NCBI RefSeq assembly: GCF_009914755.1
Contig: NC_060928.1
Source: the human T2T-CHM13v2.0 reference genome, Homo sapiens
Direction: 5' to 3' (one strand)
Length of the DNA stretch: 64,000 bases
This document shows positions 13,026 to 26,826 of the stretch, piece after piece (the first letter of the stretch is position 1; the number at the start of each line of letters is the position of its first letter). Both the position numbers and the translations under genes were made by a program. The notes under the pieces are model-generated. The model had not been told where the DNA came from and ran no database searches. It saw only the letters and a list, made by a program, of their open reading frames with translations.

Positions 13026-13607
13026 ATTGCTACCCGTATATAATTGACACTACAAAGAACACATACATATCCCCCAGATATGACTGTGTTTTTTGTAGTG
13101 TCAGTTATATTGCTCTGAACAGGAAAGTGAGAACCAACTTTTTTCCTGAATAACAAGTTTGAACCACCTCTCAAACTTGAATATATTTGGAGAAAGGAAA
13201 AGAAAAAAGAAAGCCCAGATGAGCTAGGGTGTTTGGTTTTTTATGCTTGCCAGGTTTGTGAAATACGGTGAAGTTCAATAAAGTCAACAGAGTTTATATT
13301 AAAGTAGCAAGAAGCTACATGTTGCTCCTTTGTTTACATCACACATTTACACTATCCCACAATTCTACTCCCTAATCACAGAGCAGCTCCAAGGAAAATC
13401 AGGGAAGTGTGAGACCTCTAGGTGTTCTTTATCCCCTCTAGAACAGCTGTGATCACTTGGCAAGAAACCAAGAAATCTGGGCTTTCTCCCTACCAGGTCC
13501 CTGTTTTCATGTGTGACTATGAGCACCCCTGATCACTGTCCTTCAGACGCTCTATCCATGCCTATGTTTGGGGGATTTTCATTGCTGAAGCAAATTTCTG
13601 CCTTTAC

Positions 13608-13663
13608 CTCACTTTTGATGATCCACTTGCAAACCTAGAACATCTGGTATGTGATGCTCCATT
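13608..13663 (-). ncRNA. Candidate 56-nt exon of a spliced minus-strand transcript
   Basis: Acceptor ctcctattcttgtttttcag| and donor GAG|gtaaag in non-repeat sequence; inference only, no expression data. Confidence 0.4.
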
Positions 13664-13948
13664 CTGAAAAACAAGAATAGGAGCACACCGGAGAACAAAC
13701 TGTAAAAATGAGGTTGGCCTTACTGTTTTGACAGATGATATAATAAACATAATATATAAGTAGGAGGGTAATACATCTTTTTGGTAGCATTTTATATCAG
13801 AAATACTGTAACTGCAAATTGACAATTAGGTTTATTCTGTTTCCCCTACCTGGTAGTGGTTTCAGTTATTTTATTTTGGTGTGGTTTGGGATTTAACTAG
13901 AAATTAAATGACATTAAAGAAGGCAACTTGAAATATCATAATCTAAGA

Positions 13949-14133
13949 CAGAGTTCCTCCACACTTGACATTTTGGACTGTATAATTCTTTGTGGTAGGA
14001 TGTTTAGCAGCATTTTTGTACTTTACCTGCTAGATACCGGTAGTATCCTCAAGAGTCATGACAATCAAAAAATGTCTCCAGACATTTCCCTATGTCCCCT
14101 GAGGATAAAAATCACACCAGTTGAAAACCACTG
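13949..14133 (-). mobile_element. MER20 hAT DNA transposon
   Basis: Ends CCAGTTGAAAACCACTG; 8-bp hAT-type TSD ATCTAAG(A/G) on both sides. Confidence 0.8.
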
Positions 14134-14482
14134 ATCTAAGGCATAGAGAAAGCATATAGTGTTAAAGAATAAGTATAATCACTTTCATTTCATGTTGCTA
14201 CTGAAAATCATTTAGGAAAGTAACTCAGCATGTGCAGTATACAGTTCCTCTTATTTTGTATATACAGTATCACCATTAAAAATGAAGTTGAACCATTCTC
14301 TCTCTCTGTCAATATGAGCTGCTTGAATTGCATTCCTCTTCTCCTGAAAGAGAGGAGGCATTTTTTATTTCACTTTGCACAGGTTGCAGCTGAGCAGCCT
14401 AAGTTGGAGCACAGAATATGACTGTCATTGTTGATGAGAGTAAAGATGAGTTTGGCAAATTCAGAATAAAATAGGATAGTCT

Positions 14483-14838
14483 TGATATAGTTCGGCTATA
14501 TACCCACCCAAATCTCATCTTGAATTGTAGCTCCCATAAACTCCATGTGTTGCGGGAGGGACACGGTGGGAGGTAATTGAATCATGAGGCGGTTTTTTTT
14601 CATCCTGTTCTCATGACAGTGAATAAGTCCCATAAGACCTGATGGTTTTATAAAGGCCTGCATATGCTCTCTTGCCTGCCGCCATGTTAAGATGTGCCTT
14701 TACTCCTTCTTCACCTTCCACCATGATTGAGAGGCCTCCCCAGCCATGTGGAACTGTGAATCCATTAAACTTCTTTTTCTTTATAAATTACTCAGTCTTA
14801 GATATTTCTTGATAGCAGTATGAAAATGGACTAATAAA
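14483..14838 (+). mobile_element. THE1-type MaLR solo LTR
   Basis: TGATATAGTTCGGCT...CCCAAATCTCATCTTGAATTGTAGCTCCCATA...GAAAATGGACTAATA; 5-bp TSD AGTCT. Confidence 0.9.
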
Positions 14839-15039
14839 AGTCTGGATGATTAAAAATCATTAATATTATTATGCCATTTAACCAGGTCTTACAAATTTAG
14901 AGTCAGTTGTGAATAGTCTGAGAAGAGGTAGGTATCAACAAAAATACACTGTGGCTTAATTTTCATGTAATTATTATTTTGGGTTTCTGTAAAGGTGGGA
15001 GTTTCACACTGGCTTTGCTCTAAATGAAGTATTGCGTTA

Positions 15040-15305
15040 CTAGGGTTACTCTAGCTAATTTAACAAATAATTTCCTAAATCTACAATAACTAAAACATAA
15101 TAAAATTTACATTTTGTGCAGATAAAATCTGAAGTGAATATTCCTAATTGATGAGTGATCTTCATGTGTTATTTTAGTTCCTCCCACCATGTAGCTCTGC
15201 CATATTTAATATACGCTTCTAAGGTCACCATGGTGTTTTGTATCAAGTGAACAGAAGAAAGAACATGGAAAATCTCACGGCTCACTTTTTATGGGCCAGC
15301 CTTAT
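15040..15305. mobile_element. Old MLT1-type LTR fragment
   Basis: Diverged motifs (TAGTTCCTCCCACCATGTAGCTCTGCCAT...TTTTTATGGGCCAGCC). Confidence 0.45.
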
Positions 15306-15339
15306 AAAATGAAGGAATGGTGCTTGAAGACTTAGCTAA

Positions 15340-16740
<1,401 letters not shown>

Positions 16741-16754
16741 AGTTGTAGCATGCA

Positions 16755-16895
16755 GTTTCCTTTTCTTTTTTCCTCTTTTTCTTTCCTTTTCTCTTTTCTG
16801 GCTTTTTACCCCTGTCCTTTTATTTCCTATTTCTTCCACTCCTCTTTCCTTTCATTTTTCTTTTCTTTTCTCTTCCTTTTCTTTCTCTTCATTTC
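16755..16895. repeat. CT-rich low-complexity tract
   Basis: Near-pure pyrimidine run (TTTTC/CTTTT variants). Confidence 0.85.
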
Positions 16896-17289
16896 CTGAA
16901 CAATTCAATCCAAAATCCAAGAACTGTGGCTGAGCAAAATATGCACCCACCTTAGGGGAGGTAGGGACAGAGGTTGAGGAGAAGGAAGGGATTTGTGGTG
17001 GCCTCAACGGAGTGCTGGAGCCAAACGAAGTGGGGGGGCATCCATGAGGGGGCGAGGGGGCGGGGGAAAGCAGCAACAACATGAGATTGGTTACACTCAG
17101 GGAGACTGATCAAATAAATATATAAAAGATAATAGGAGCAGATTTCTCACTGTTAGAGGTGGGAGTTACAAAAAGAGAAAGAGAGAAAACTAGATTGAAC
17201 CCTGTGGTGTTAGATTGAAATGGGAAATATAGGGCTGAAATCATGGTCCTGAAGCTATATAGATAGAAAGAAGTACAGATTTGAACTTG

Positions 17290-17306
17290 TGGGTATATGT
17301 GTATGT

Positions 17307-17343
<37 letters not shown>
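17290..17343. repeat. (GT)n microsatellite ending in (GC)n
   Basis: GTGTGT...GTGCGCGC. Confidence 0.9.
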
Positions 17344-17344
<1 letters not shown>

Positions 17345-18530
17345 TCTAGCTCTGGGCACTGAGAGAGTCTAAGAGCTACAACTCCACAAAAGCAATGCAC
17401 ATACTTAGTAGTGCCCAGATACTGGTTTTTAAATATTACTCTCCACTAAAAGGAGCCAGGTCTCTTTGGAAGAATGGCTGATTCCAAGGCTGGTGCAGAG
17501 AAAATACAAAATGAACCTAGAACATCTTGTTTGCTAAAATTGGTGACATGTTACCAAGACTCGCAAGCCAGCTTGAAGGCACATAACACTGGCCAAGTCT
17601 GGCACAATTTTATCGGCAAAATAATTAAAGTAATGAATTATAACCCATTGAATAAAACAAATTTGTGAGCCCCAAATGATATAATACATACATGAAAAAA
17701 TTTAAAATTTCATAGTAACAGAGTATTTACATTATCTCAAAGTAACCACAAAATATTTTAGAAATTACATAGTGTAAAAGTGTAACTTTACGGTGTAGAA
17801 GCCTGATAAGCACCACCTTAACTGATCAAACGTAACCTCACCCATTATGGAACAAATCAAAATTGTTCGCCACTTGATAAGATGCAATGGGAAGAACACA
17901 GTACTGCTTCTGTGATATTTCTGTCAAAGATGCATAACCTGAATGTAGTAATGATGAAACATCAGACACAGATTAAGGAATATTCTATGAAATAACTGGT
18001 CTGTAATCTTCAAAAGTGTCATAGCCATGAAAATCAAGGAAAGACTGAGACTTCAGACTGACAGAATAAAAGGACATGACAACTAAAAGCAATATGAAGC
18101 CAGTTGCGATAGCACATGCCTGTAGTTCCCAGCTACTTGGAGGCTGAGGCAGGAGGATTGCTTGAGCCCAGGAGTTCAAGACCAGTCTGGACAACATACT
18201 GAGACTCCCATATCCAAAAAAAAAAAAAAAAAAAGGCAATATGACATAATGGAATGGATCTTTCTGCTACAAAGGATATTATTGGTACAACTGGAAAAAT
18301 TGAATAGAGTCTCAAGATTAGATGGCAGTAATGTATCTGTAATGAATTTTCTTGATTTTGATGGTTATATTATGGTTATGTAGCAGACTGTCCCTGTTTG
18401 TTGGAAATGTACATGAAAGCATTCAAGAGTAATGGAGCATTATATTGTAAATTTACTCTTAGAAAATTCAGGAAAAAAAAATCCTTGTTCTGAGCTTGCA
18501 GTTTTTCTTTAAGTTTGAAACCGATTAAGA
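17345..18530 (+). mobile_element. L1MC-type 3'UTR remnant (interrupted by FLAM)
   Basis: TAGTGCCCAGATACTGGTT...GGAGAATGGCTGATTCCAAGGCTGG...GATATTATTGGTACAACTGG motifs of L1MC 3' ends. Confidence 0.65.
18099..18234 (+). mobile_element. FLAM_A/FAM-like Alu monomer
   Basis: Monomer with poly(A); TSD GCAATATGA. Confidence 0.85.
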
Positions 18531-18664
18531 ATTAAGAAGCAAAAGAGCAGAAGCACCAGAAGGAGCAGCTGTGCCAGAATGATAAAAACTCCCTTTGCAT
18601 TTACTTCCCCTTCCTCTCCAGTTCACTCCTGTTCCCTTTTCCTGCTTTGTTCAGGCTGTTTATG

Positions 18665-19352
18665 TTTTTTAAAAAAAACTCTATTTTAAGTTCAGGGCTA
18701 CACATGCAGGTTTGCTATATAGGTAAATTGCATGTTGCGGGAGTTTGGTGTACTGATTATTTGGTCACCCAGATAATAAGCAGAGTACCTAATAGGTAGA
18801 TTTTTGATCCTGCTATCCTTCACCCTCAAGTAGGCACTGGTGTCTATTGTACTCTTCTTTGTGTCCATATGTATCCAAAGCTTAACTCCCCACTTAAAGT
18901 GAGGACATACAGTATTTGGTTTTCTGTTCCCATGTTTGTTTGCTTAAGATAATGACCTCCAGCTCCATCCATGTTGCTGCAAAAGACATGGTCTCATTCT
19001 TTTTTATGGCTGCACAGTATTCCATTGTGAATACGTACCATATTTTTTTAATCCAGTCTACTGTTGATGGACATTTAGGTTGATTCCATTTCTTCGTTAT
19101 TGTGAATTGTGCTACAATGAACATATGTTTGCATGTGTCTTTTTGGTAGAATTGTTTCTATTTCTTTGAATATATACCCAAGAATAAGGTTGCTGTGTCA
19201 AATGGTATTTCTGTTTTAAGTTCTCTGAGAAATCACCAAACTGCTTTCCACGATGGCTTAACTAGTTTACATTCCCACCAGCAGTGTATAAGCATTCTCC
19301 TTTCTCTACAACCTTGCCAGCATCTGTTATTTTTTTACTTTTTAATAATAGT
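18665..19352 (-). mobile_element. 5'-truncated L1 (older L1PA/L1PB-type) 3' end
   Basis: L1 3'UTR and C-terminal ORF2 remnant ([15 protein letters not shown]). Confidence 0.92.
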
Positions 19353-19478
19353 CAGGTTCTGTTTTCTAAGGAATATTTTCCAAGTTACTGAGCAACTTAT
19401 AGAATCTACATTGACTACCAGACTCACGAAATGTGAACAAATATAATAGGATGTCCAATTAGAAGTCTCTATACTTAC

Positions 19479-19618
19479 ATATTTGTACGAAAATAGAAAT
19501 TGAAAAGCAATATCTCATCCCTGGGGAATTGCAGGCAGCAGTGTCACCATACAGAAAAATTGAAAAATGTAGGAATGGTGATTCTTCTCACTTTCTCCAT
19601 TTAACTCTCCTGCTTCAC
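19479..19618 (-). ncRNA. Candidate 140-nt exon of minus-strand transcript
   Basis: Strong acceptor cccttgtcttcttcacag|GTG and donor TAT|gtaagt; stops in all three frames. Confidence 0.45.
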
Positions 19619-19934
19619 CTGTGAAGAAGACAAGGGTTGTAGAGAACGACAATGAATTATTACTAATCATATTCCCCTCCCCCATTTTAGCTGCTATTCC
19701 AAATGTAAGCTCTTTAATTGAGCACATAAACACATCTTTTGGCACCTGGTAGGCAACTAATAATTCACTATTAATCAGAAAATACTACCTTTTTTCATTA
19801 TCCGGTGAGCAGAGAAAACCAGAAGCAATTTGCTTTCACCTGACATCAGTGGTAGTACATTTTAATCATCTTATTCCTGACTTTATGAATTCTCAAGATT
19901 CTTGTAAAAAAGAGAACTTGATCATCTGATCATA

Positions 19935-20005
19935 CCATTGAACATTACTGAAGCGCCATATAATGATGCCCATTAAACATTACTGAAGCGCCATATAATG
20001 ATGCC
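19935..20005. repeat. 35-bp tandem duplication
   Basis: CCATT(G/A)AACATTACTGAAGCGCCATATAATGATGC x2, one mismatch. Confidence 0.95.
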
Positions 20006-20335
20006 ATATTGACATGCCATGGCATTGAAAATGCCAGGTAGGTCAAAGGAGCTTGCAACCTCTACCTTGGTCTACAGGAAGCCAGCCATTGTCCAACTAC
20101 CCTAAAACTGCCCTGCTGTGAGAAAGCGCAAGCTAACTAAAGGAAAGTCTGTGTGAAGGGTGGCATGACCATCTACCTCCTCATATTCCATCAATGCCAA
20201 CCTAGACACAAAACATGTAAAGAGTGGGAAATGGTTGCCTGGCAAGGACCCCTAGGATTGGTGGAAAAGTATAGTACAAGAGCTGATGTACTGACATGGA
20301 ACAAGTTCCAACTTTTTTGTTGTTCTTGTTTAAAA

Positions 20336-20680
20336 CAAGGGTGAGAAAACTTTCTGTAAGATGTCAGAGAGTAAATACTTAAGTTTTCTGGTTCCTGATG
20401 TAATGATCTCATGGCAACTACTGGACTCTGACACAGCCGCAAAAAAGCCAGCCCTAGGAAACACATAAATGACTGAGCATGAATATGTTTAAAGAAAAAC
20501 CTTTTTATTTACAGACACTAAAATTTAAGTTTCAAATAATCTTCATGTGTTAGGAAAGATTACTTTTACTTCTATCTTTTTAAAGACAAAATTATAAAAA
20601 TTATTCTGTACTCATGGGCCATACAAAAGTAGGCAGCAGGCCAGATTTGGTCATGGGCTGGGGCTTAACAACTCCTAGTT
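20336..20680 (+). mobile_element. MER58-like hAT DNA transposon
   Basis: AAACTTTCTGTAAG...AGTAAATACTTAAG...AAAAGTAGGCAGCAGGCCAGATTTGG. Confidence 0.75.
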
Positions 20681-20699
20681 TAGGGTAACCCCAAGAGCT

Positions 20700-21080
20700 G
20701 AAATGAATAAATTATAGAATTTGAGTGGCTTACCTCAATGAATCTATTTTTCATTCCTACAACAATCCATGTGTGTAGTCTTAATCAACAGATGGTTTTC
20801 TACCACACAATGACTCAGAGACTCAGATCCTTCCAGTTTGTAATTCCACCATGCCCTAGGGTAGAAGTTCTTTACATCCCATTAGCCAATGAGTACAAAG
20901 AAAAGGTGAATCTGCTTCTTAAAAATTCAAGCCTAGAAGTTACCCTGATCAATTCTGCTCACATTCCCTCCTGAGAAGTGCTCACGGTGTAAATTGAAGA
21001 GGGGGATATCCTTGGCTGGATAACAACTTACCATGTGAAAGAAGGAGAAAAAATTTTGGTGGGCAGCTAGCTGTCTCTGC
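20700..21080. mobile_element. Old MLT1-type LTR
   Basis: GACTCAGATCCTTCC...GCCTAGAAGTTACC...TTCTGCTCACATTCC. Confidence 0.5.
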
Positions 21081-22019
21081 CCCAGTGCACCTCTCTGACC
21101 ACTCCCATATGAAAAAGGGAAGGATATGTGCCATACAGCAGTCATTGGTCCATAGAAATTATAAAATCCTACTGGGCAAGCACTCTGATGTCTCATTTCC
21201 ATAGACATGGAAGTTCCTTGATTCTGATCTGATTCTGTTCTCAAGTGTGACTTTCTTTCTTGTCTTTACCCCTATTGCTATACATAAAGTGACACTGGGG
21301 TGAATGCCCTCCATAAGAACTACACAGCTTTTGCAGTGCTTATTCTGCTCATGAAACTTTAGGAATCCATGGTTGTTTTACAGAAACAGGATTTTTTTAG
21401 GCCAGACTTAACTTTTCTTTGGTAATAAAATTCCCTCAAACACTTTGATCTATGTGCTTCCAGCCAGTTTCATGTGCCAGTAACCATCACCTATGTTCAA
21501 GCCTACTTTATTTTCTTGCTCTTTAATCCTCATACCTCTCCTCACTCTCAACTTGGTGATGGTTACTTTGAGGCCTTTGATATAATAGGCTTGAGTGGAA
21601 AAGCAATAACCTCAATCTAATCTTTGTTTCAAGTCTGATTTTCTTTGTTTAACTAAGCATTCTTATAGACATTCTATGGTTATAAAATATACATAACATG
21701 ACATAAAATTTACCATTCAAATCATTTTTAAATGTGTAGTTCAGTGACATTAAATACATTCACATTAGGACTCAAGGATTTTGTTTTCCTCAAAACCCTT
21801 TCAGGTTTATCTCTTAATTTAGTATTCAGAACAGTTGAGTGTTCCAAACTATGTGTCCCTAAATCACTAGACAATCTCTATTTGCTTCTATCTTTACTTG
21901 AAATAAAGTCAATTCTTGCCTGAGCTCATCATTTCTGCCTGCCATATACAAATTAAGTGAAGAAAAATAAAGAGAAACAATACACACATTATTATAGCAG
22001 AGATATTTACTGCATACCA

Positions 22020-22342
22020 AATATCTATACATTTCACCATATTTCTCAGTCATTTAGCACGTGCATGGCTAGTTTTAACCAATGAGCTGTGAGTAGAATT
22101 AATATTTGCCAATTCTGAGCCAAAACATTTCAGAATCAGTGCATGACTATCTCCTTCCCCTACATCAGAAACCTGGAATACATATGTTCCAAGTGACATA
22201 GCTACAATATGCAGGTGCAGATAGCAACATCATTGCTTGGAAGAATGGCTATGCACCGTGAAGAATGTACTTTTATATGTGAAGCCACAGAATTTTGGTG
22301 GTGGTTTATTACCGCAGAATAAGATTGTCAAACTTGACTAAT
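22020..22342. mobile_element. Old MLT1-type LTR
   Basis: CATGGCTAGTTTTAACCAATGAGCTGTGAGTAGAA...TGTGAAGCCACAGAATTT...TGACTAATA. Confidence 0.5.
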
Positions 22343-22937
22343 ATAAATATCCCATTGAACAAAAAAAAGTGCTCAAAGCAAATAAAATATTTCTTGATTT
22401 ACATAGGAAATTCAGCAAAAGAGACTTGTAAGAAAACACACCAATGATAGTTGTACTTTACTCACAAGAGGTAAAGTAGCACAGAAGGACTTCTGCCTTT
22501 TCTATATCATTTGAATGTGCTTTGACAATGTTAATATGTTTATTATAATGTTCATAATATACTGTTATAAAGGTAATACCTTTATAATTTATTTAAAACA
22601 TTTATATATTTATTTAAAGAACAATGTTAAGGAAATATTACTAAAAGTAACCTGTAAACATGTGGAATATAGGAAATCCTGATTCATATCGCTGAAGATT
22701 TTTCCAGAAAGTTTGTGGCAACTCACATTTCCCTAATTGTTGTATGAGAGTGTATACTACCCCATATTGCCAATGTTGATTATTCTTTACTTTTGATAAT
22801 TTATAAACAAATAAAAAAGTATCTGTTTTAATTTGTATACCTTTGGTTATTGGTGAAATCAAACACTTTTTCATATATTTAGTAGCATTTTAATTTATTA
22901 TTTTGTAAGCTATTTTGATGTCTTTGCTTATTTACTT

Positions 22938-24148
22938 TTTTTTTAATTTATTTTTTTATTTTACTTTAAGTTCTGGGGTACAAGTACAGAATGTGCAGTT
23001 TTGTTACATAGGTATACAAATGCCACAGTGGTTTGCCCCAACAATTAACCCGTCATCTGCATTAGGTATTTCTTCAAATGCCATCCCTCTCCTAGCCCCC
23101 CACCCCGCAAAAGGCCCTGGTGTGTGATGTTCCCCTCCTTGTGTCCATGTGTTCTCATTGTTCAACTCCCACTTAGGAGTGAGAACATGCCGTGTTTGGT
23201 TTTCTGTTCTTGTGATAGTTGGCTGAGAATGATGGTTTCCAGCTTCACCCATGTCCTTGTCAAGGACATGAACTCATCCTTTTTTATGGCTGCATAGTAT
23301 TCCATGATGTATCCTTTTTTATGGCTGCATAGTATTCCATGATGTATATGTGCCACATTTTATTAATCCAGTCTATCATTGATGGACATTTGGGTTGGTT
23401 CCAAGTCTTTGCTAGCCATATGCAAAAGACTGAAACCAGACCCCTTCCTTACACCTTATACAAAAATCAACTCAAGATAGATTAAATAATTAAATGTAAG
23501 ACCTAACCCCATAAAAATCCTAGAAGATAACCTGGGCAATACCATTCAGGACATAGGCATGGGCAAAGACTTCATGTCTAAAACACCAAAAGCAATGGCA
23601 ACAAAAGCCAAAATTGACAAATGGGATCAATTAAACTAAAGAGCTTCTTCACGCAAAAGAAACTATCATCAGAGTGAACTGGCAACCTAAAGAATGGGAG
23701 AAAATGTTTGCAATCTATTCATCTGACAAAGGGCTAATATCCAGAATCTACAAAGAACTTAAACACATTTACAAGAAAAAAACAAACAACTCCATCCAAA
23801 AGTGGGTGAAGGATATGAACAGACACCTCTCAAAAGAAGACATTTATGCAGCCAATAAACATGAAAAAATGCTCATCATCACTGGTCATTAGAGAAATGC
23901 AAATCAAAACCACAATGAAATACTATTTTATGCCTGTTAGAAGGGTGATCATTAAAAAGTCAGGAAACAGCAGATGCTGGAGAGGATGTGGAGAAATAGG
24001 AATGCTTTTACACTGTTGGTGGGAGTGTAAATTAGTTCAAACATTGTGGAAGACAGTCTGGCGATTCCTCAAGGCTCTAGAACCAGAAATATCATTTGAC
24101 CCAGCAATCCCTTTACTGGGTATATGCCCAAAGGATTATAAATCATTC
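22938..24148 (-). mobile_element. L1PA-type insertion with 5' inversion (twin priming)
   Basis: Minus-strand 3' end 22938-23414, then plus-strand ORF2 segment 23411-24148; 13-bp TSD TGCTTATTTACTT at 22925 and 24149. Confidence 0.93.
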
Positions 24149-26826
24149 TGCTTATTTACTTATTAGGTTTCTGGTAACTCTATTACTTTTATTACAAATA
24201 ATAATTTATATTTTGTTTTTTGCCTTTATTTTTATTTTCAAATTCAAATATCTTAAATTATTATAGTGAAATTTATCATTTTTCTGCCCTCATAAAGTCT
24301 TTTCTTCCTTTGAGCTTAGGAAAATCTTGTCTATCCAGGGAATAGATGAGTATATTTATTCTAGTTTTTACGAGATATTTTGGACATATTTTTGCATTTA
24401 ACATTTGATTGGCCTGAAATTTGTTGAGAGTATAACAGGAAAATTTAATATGGAACTTTCCAAATCACTAGCCAATCATTTCAGCTTCATTTATCGCCTT
24501 TCCTTCCCCCACTGGCTCACAGTTCTTCTACTATGTAAATTGACAGGCAATCTATTTTGTTCCATTGACCTCTCCATTCATTCTTGTGGCAGTATAACAC
24601 ATAGATTACTTCAAATTGATAATATATTATAATGGGGTAAAACTTTCCTCCTACCTCTCTCTCTCTCACATGCACACATATGCCAATTAATCTATTTCCA
24701 AAATTTCATAGCTATTATCACCCAATTATTTTATTAGATAAGTTGTTGAATCCCATCATTAAAGTCCAAAAATAAATCTCATTAAAATTTTATTTGGAAT
24801 TCATTTCCTTCTTAAATATTGGGTGAGGGTTTCTTTTATTCTTTTTCTAACTCCTCTGCCTTTGGGAAGGAGAAGAAAGAGTGGGAAGAACTGCATCCTG
24901 TGGTTTGAGTTCCAACTTGGTCATAGAACACGAAATAGACTTCTAAGGCTTTTGACTTTAGTCCCTGGCTTTTGGATAGCACCTCTGGGGGATCTTACCA
25001 CATTGAAGGGAAGGACAGAAACCTGGCTGACTTAGCCACCTGCTGATTGTAGAGCCCCAGGGCATTAGGCAAGCATAGTCAGTAGCCAGGGTGTAGTTAC
25101 AGCAGGCCTTTGGTGAGACCCAGTATTATGCTGGCTTCAGGTCTGACCCAGAACAGTTATAGAGGTGGTGGCCACAGGGGTTCTCACTCTACCCCCAGCT
25201 TCAGGTGGCTCAGAACAGAGAGAGAAAGACTCTGGGAGAAAGCAAGGGAAAAGAATAAGAGTCTCTGCCTGGTAATCCAGAAAATTCTCCTGGAACCTGT
25301 TGGAGACCATCAAGGTGGTACTTCTATGAGTCTGCAGGACCCACAGCATTACTGGGCTTAGGGTATCCTCTAAAGTAAATACAGCTTAGATCACACCACT
25401 CAAGTCCTTTTGGATATCTGGAAAGCTTTCCCAAGAAGGACAGGTACAAACAAGCCCAGACTGAGAAGATTACATTAAATACCTAACTCTTCAATACCCA
25501 GACCAGATGAACATCTGTATGAAGACAGTCCAGGAAAACAACCTCACCAAATGAACTAAATAAGGCACCAGAGACCAATCCTGAAGAAACAGAGATATGT
25601 GACCTTTCAGACAGAGTATTCAAAACAGCTGTGTTAAGGAAACTCAAAGAAATTCAAGAGAACACAGAGAAGAAATTCAGAATTCTATCAGATAAATTTA
25701 ACAAAGATATTGAAATAATTAAAAGGAATCAAGCAGAAATTCTGGAGCTGAAAAATGCAACTGGCATACTGAAGAATTTATCAGACTCTTTATAGCAGAA
25801 TTGGTAAAGCAGAAAAAAGAATTAGTGAGTTCAAAGACAACCTATTTGAAAATACACAGTCAGAAAAGACAAAATAAAAAAGAATAAAAAGACAATGAAG
25901 CATGCCTACAAGACCTAGAAAATAGTCTCAAAAGGACAAATCTAAGAGTTACTGGCCTTAAAGAGGAGGCAGAGAAAGAGATAGGGGTAGAAGTTTTATT
26001 CAAAGAGATAATAACAGAGAACTTCACAAACGTAAAGAAAGATATCAATATCCAAGTACAAGAAAGTTATAGAATGCCAGTCAAATTTACCCCAAAAAAG
26101 ACTACCTCAAGGCATTATAATAATCACACTCGCAAAGATTAAGGATAAAGAAAGTATCCTAAAATCAGCAAAAGAAAAGAAATAAATACCATACAATGGA
26201 GCTCCAATACATCTGGCAGCAGACTTTTTAGTGGAAACTTTACAGGCCAAGAGAAAGTGGCATGACATATTTAAAATGCTGAAGGAAAAAATATTTACCA
26301 TAGAATAGTATATCCAGTGAAAATGTCCTTCAAACAAAAAGGAGAAATAAAGACTTTCCAAGATGAACTAAAGCTGAGGGATTTCACCAACACCAGACCT
26401 ACCCTACAAGAAATGGTAAAGACAGCACTTCAGTCAGAAAGAAAATGATATTAATAAGCAATAAGTAATCACCTGAAGGTACAAAACTCACTGGTAATAG
26501 TACACAGAAAACCACAGAATATTACAACATGGAACTGTGGTGTGTAAACTACTCTTATCCTAAGTAGAAAGACTAAATGATGACCCAATCAAAACCACTA
26601 ACTACAACAACTTTTTTTAAAAAAATATACTTTAAGTTCTGGGATACATGTGCAGAATGTACAGGTTTGTTACATAGGTGTACATGTGCCATGGTGGTTT
26701 GCTGCACCCATCAACCCGTCATCTACACTAAGTATTTCTCCTAATGCTATCCCTCCCCTTGCCCCCATCCACCGACAGACCCCAGTATGTGATGTTCCCC
26801 TCCCTGTGCCCATATGTTCTCATTGT

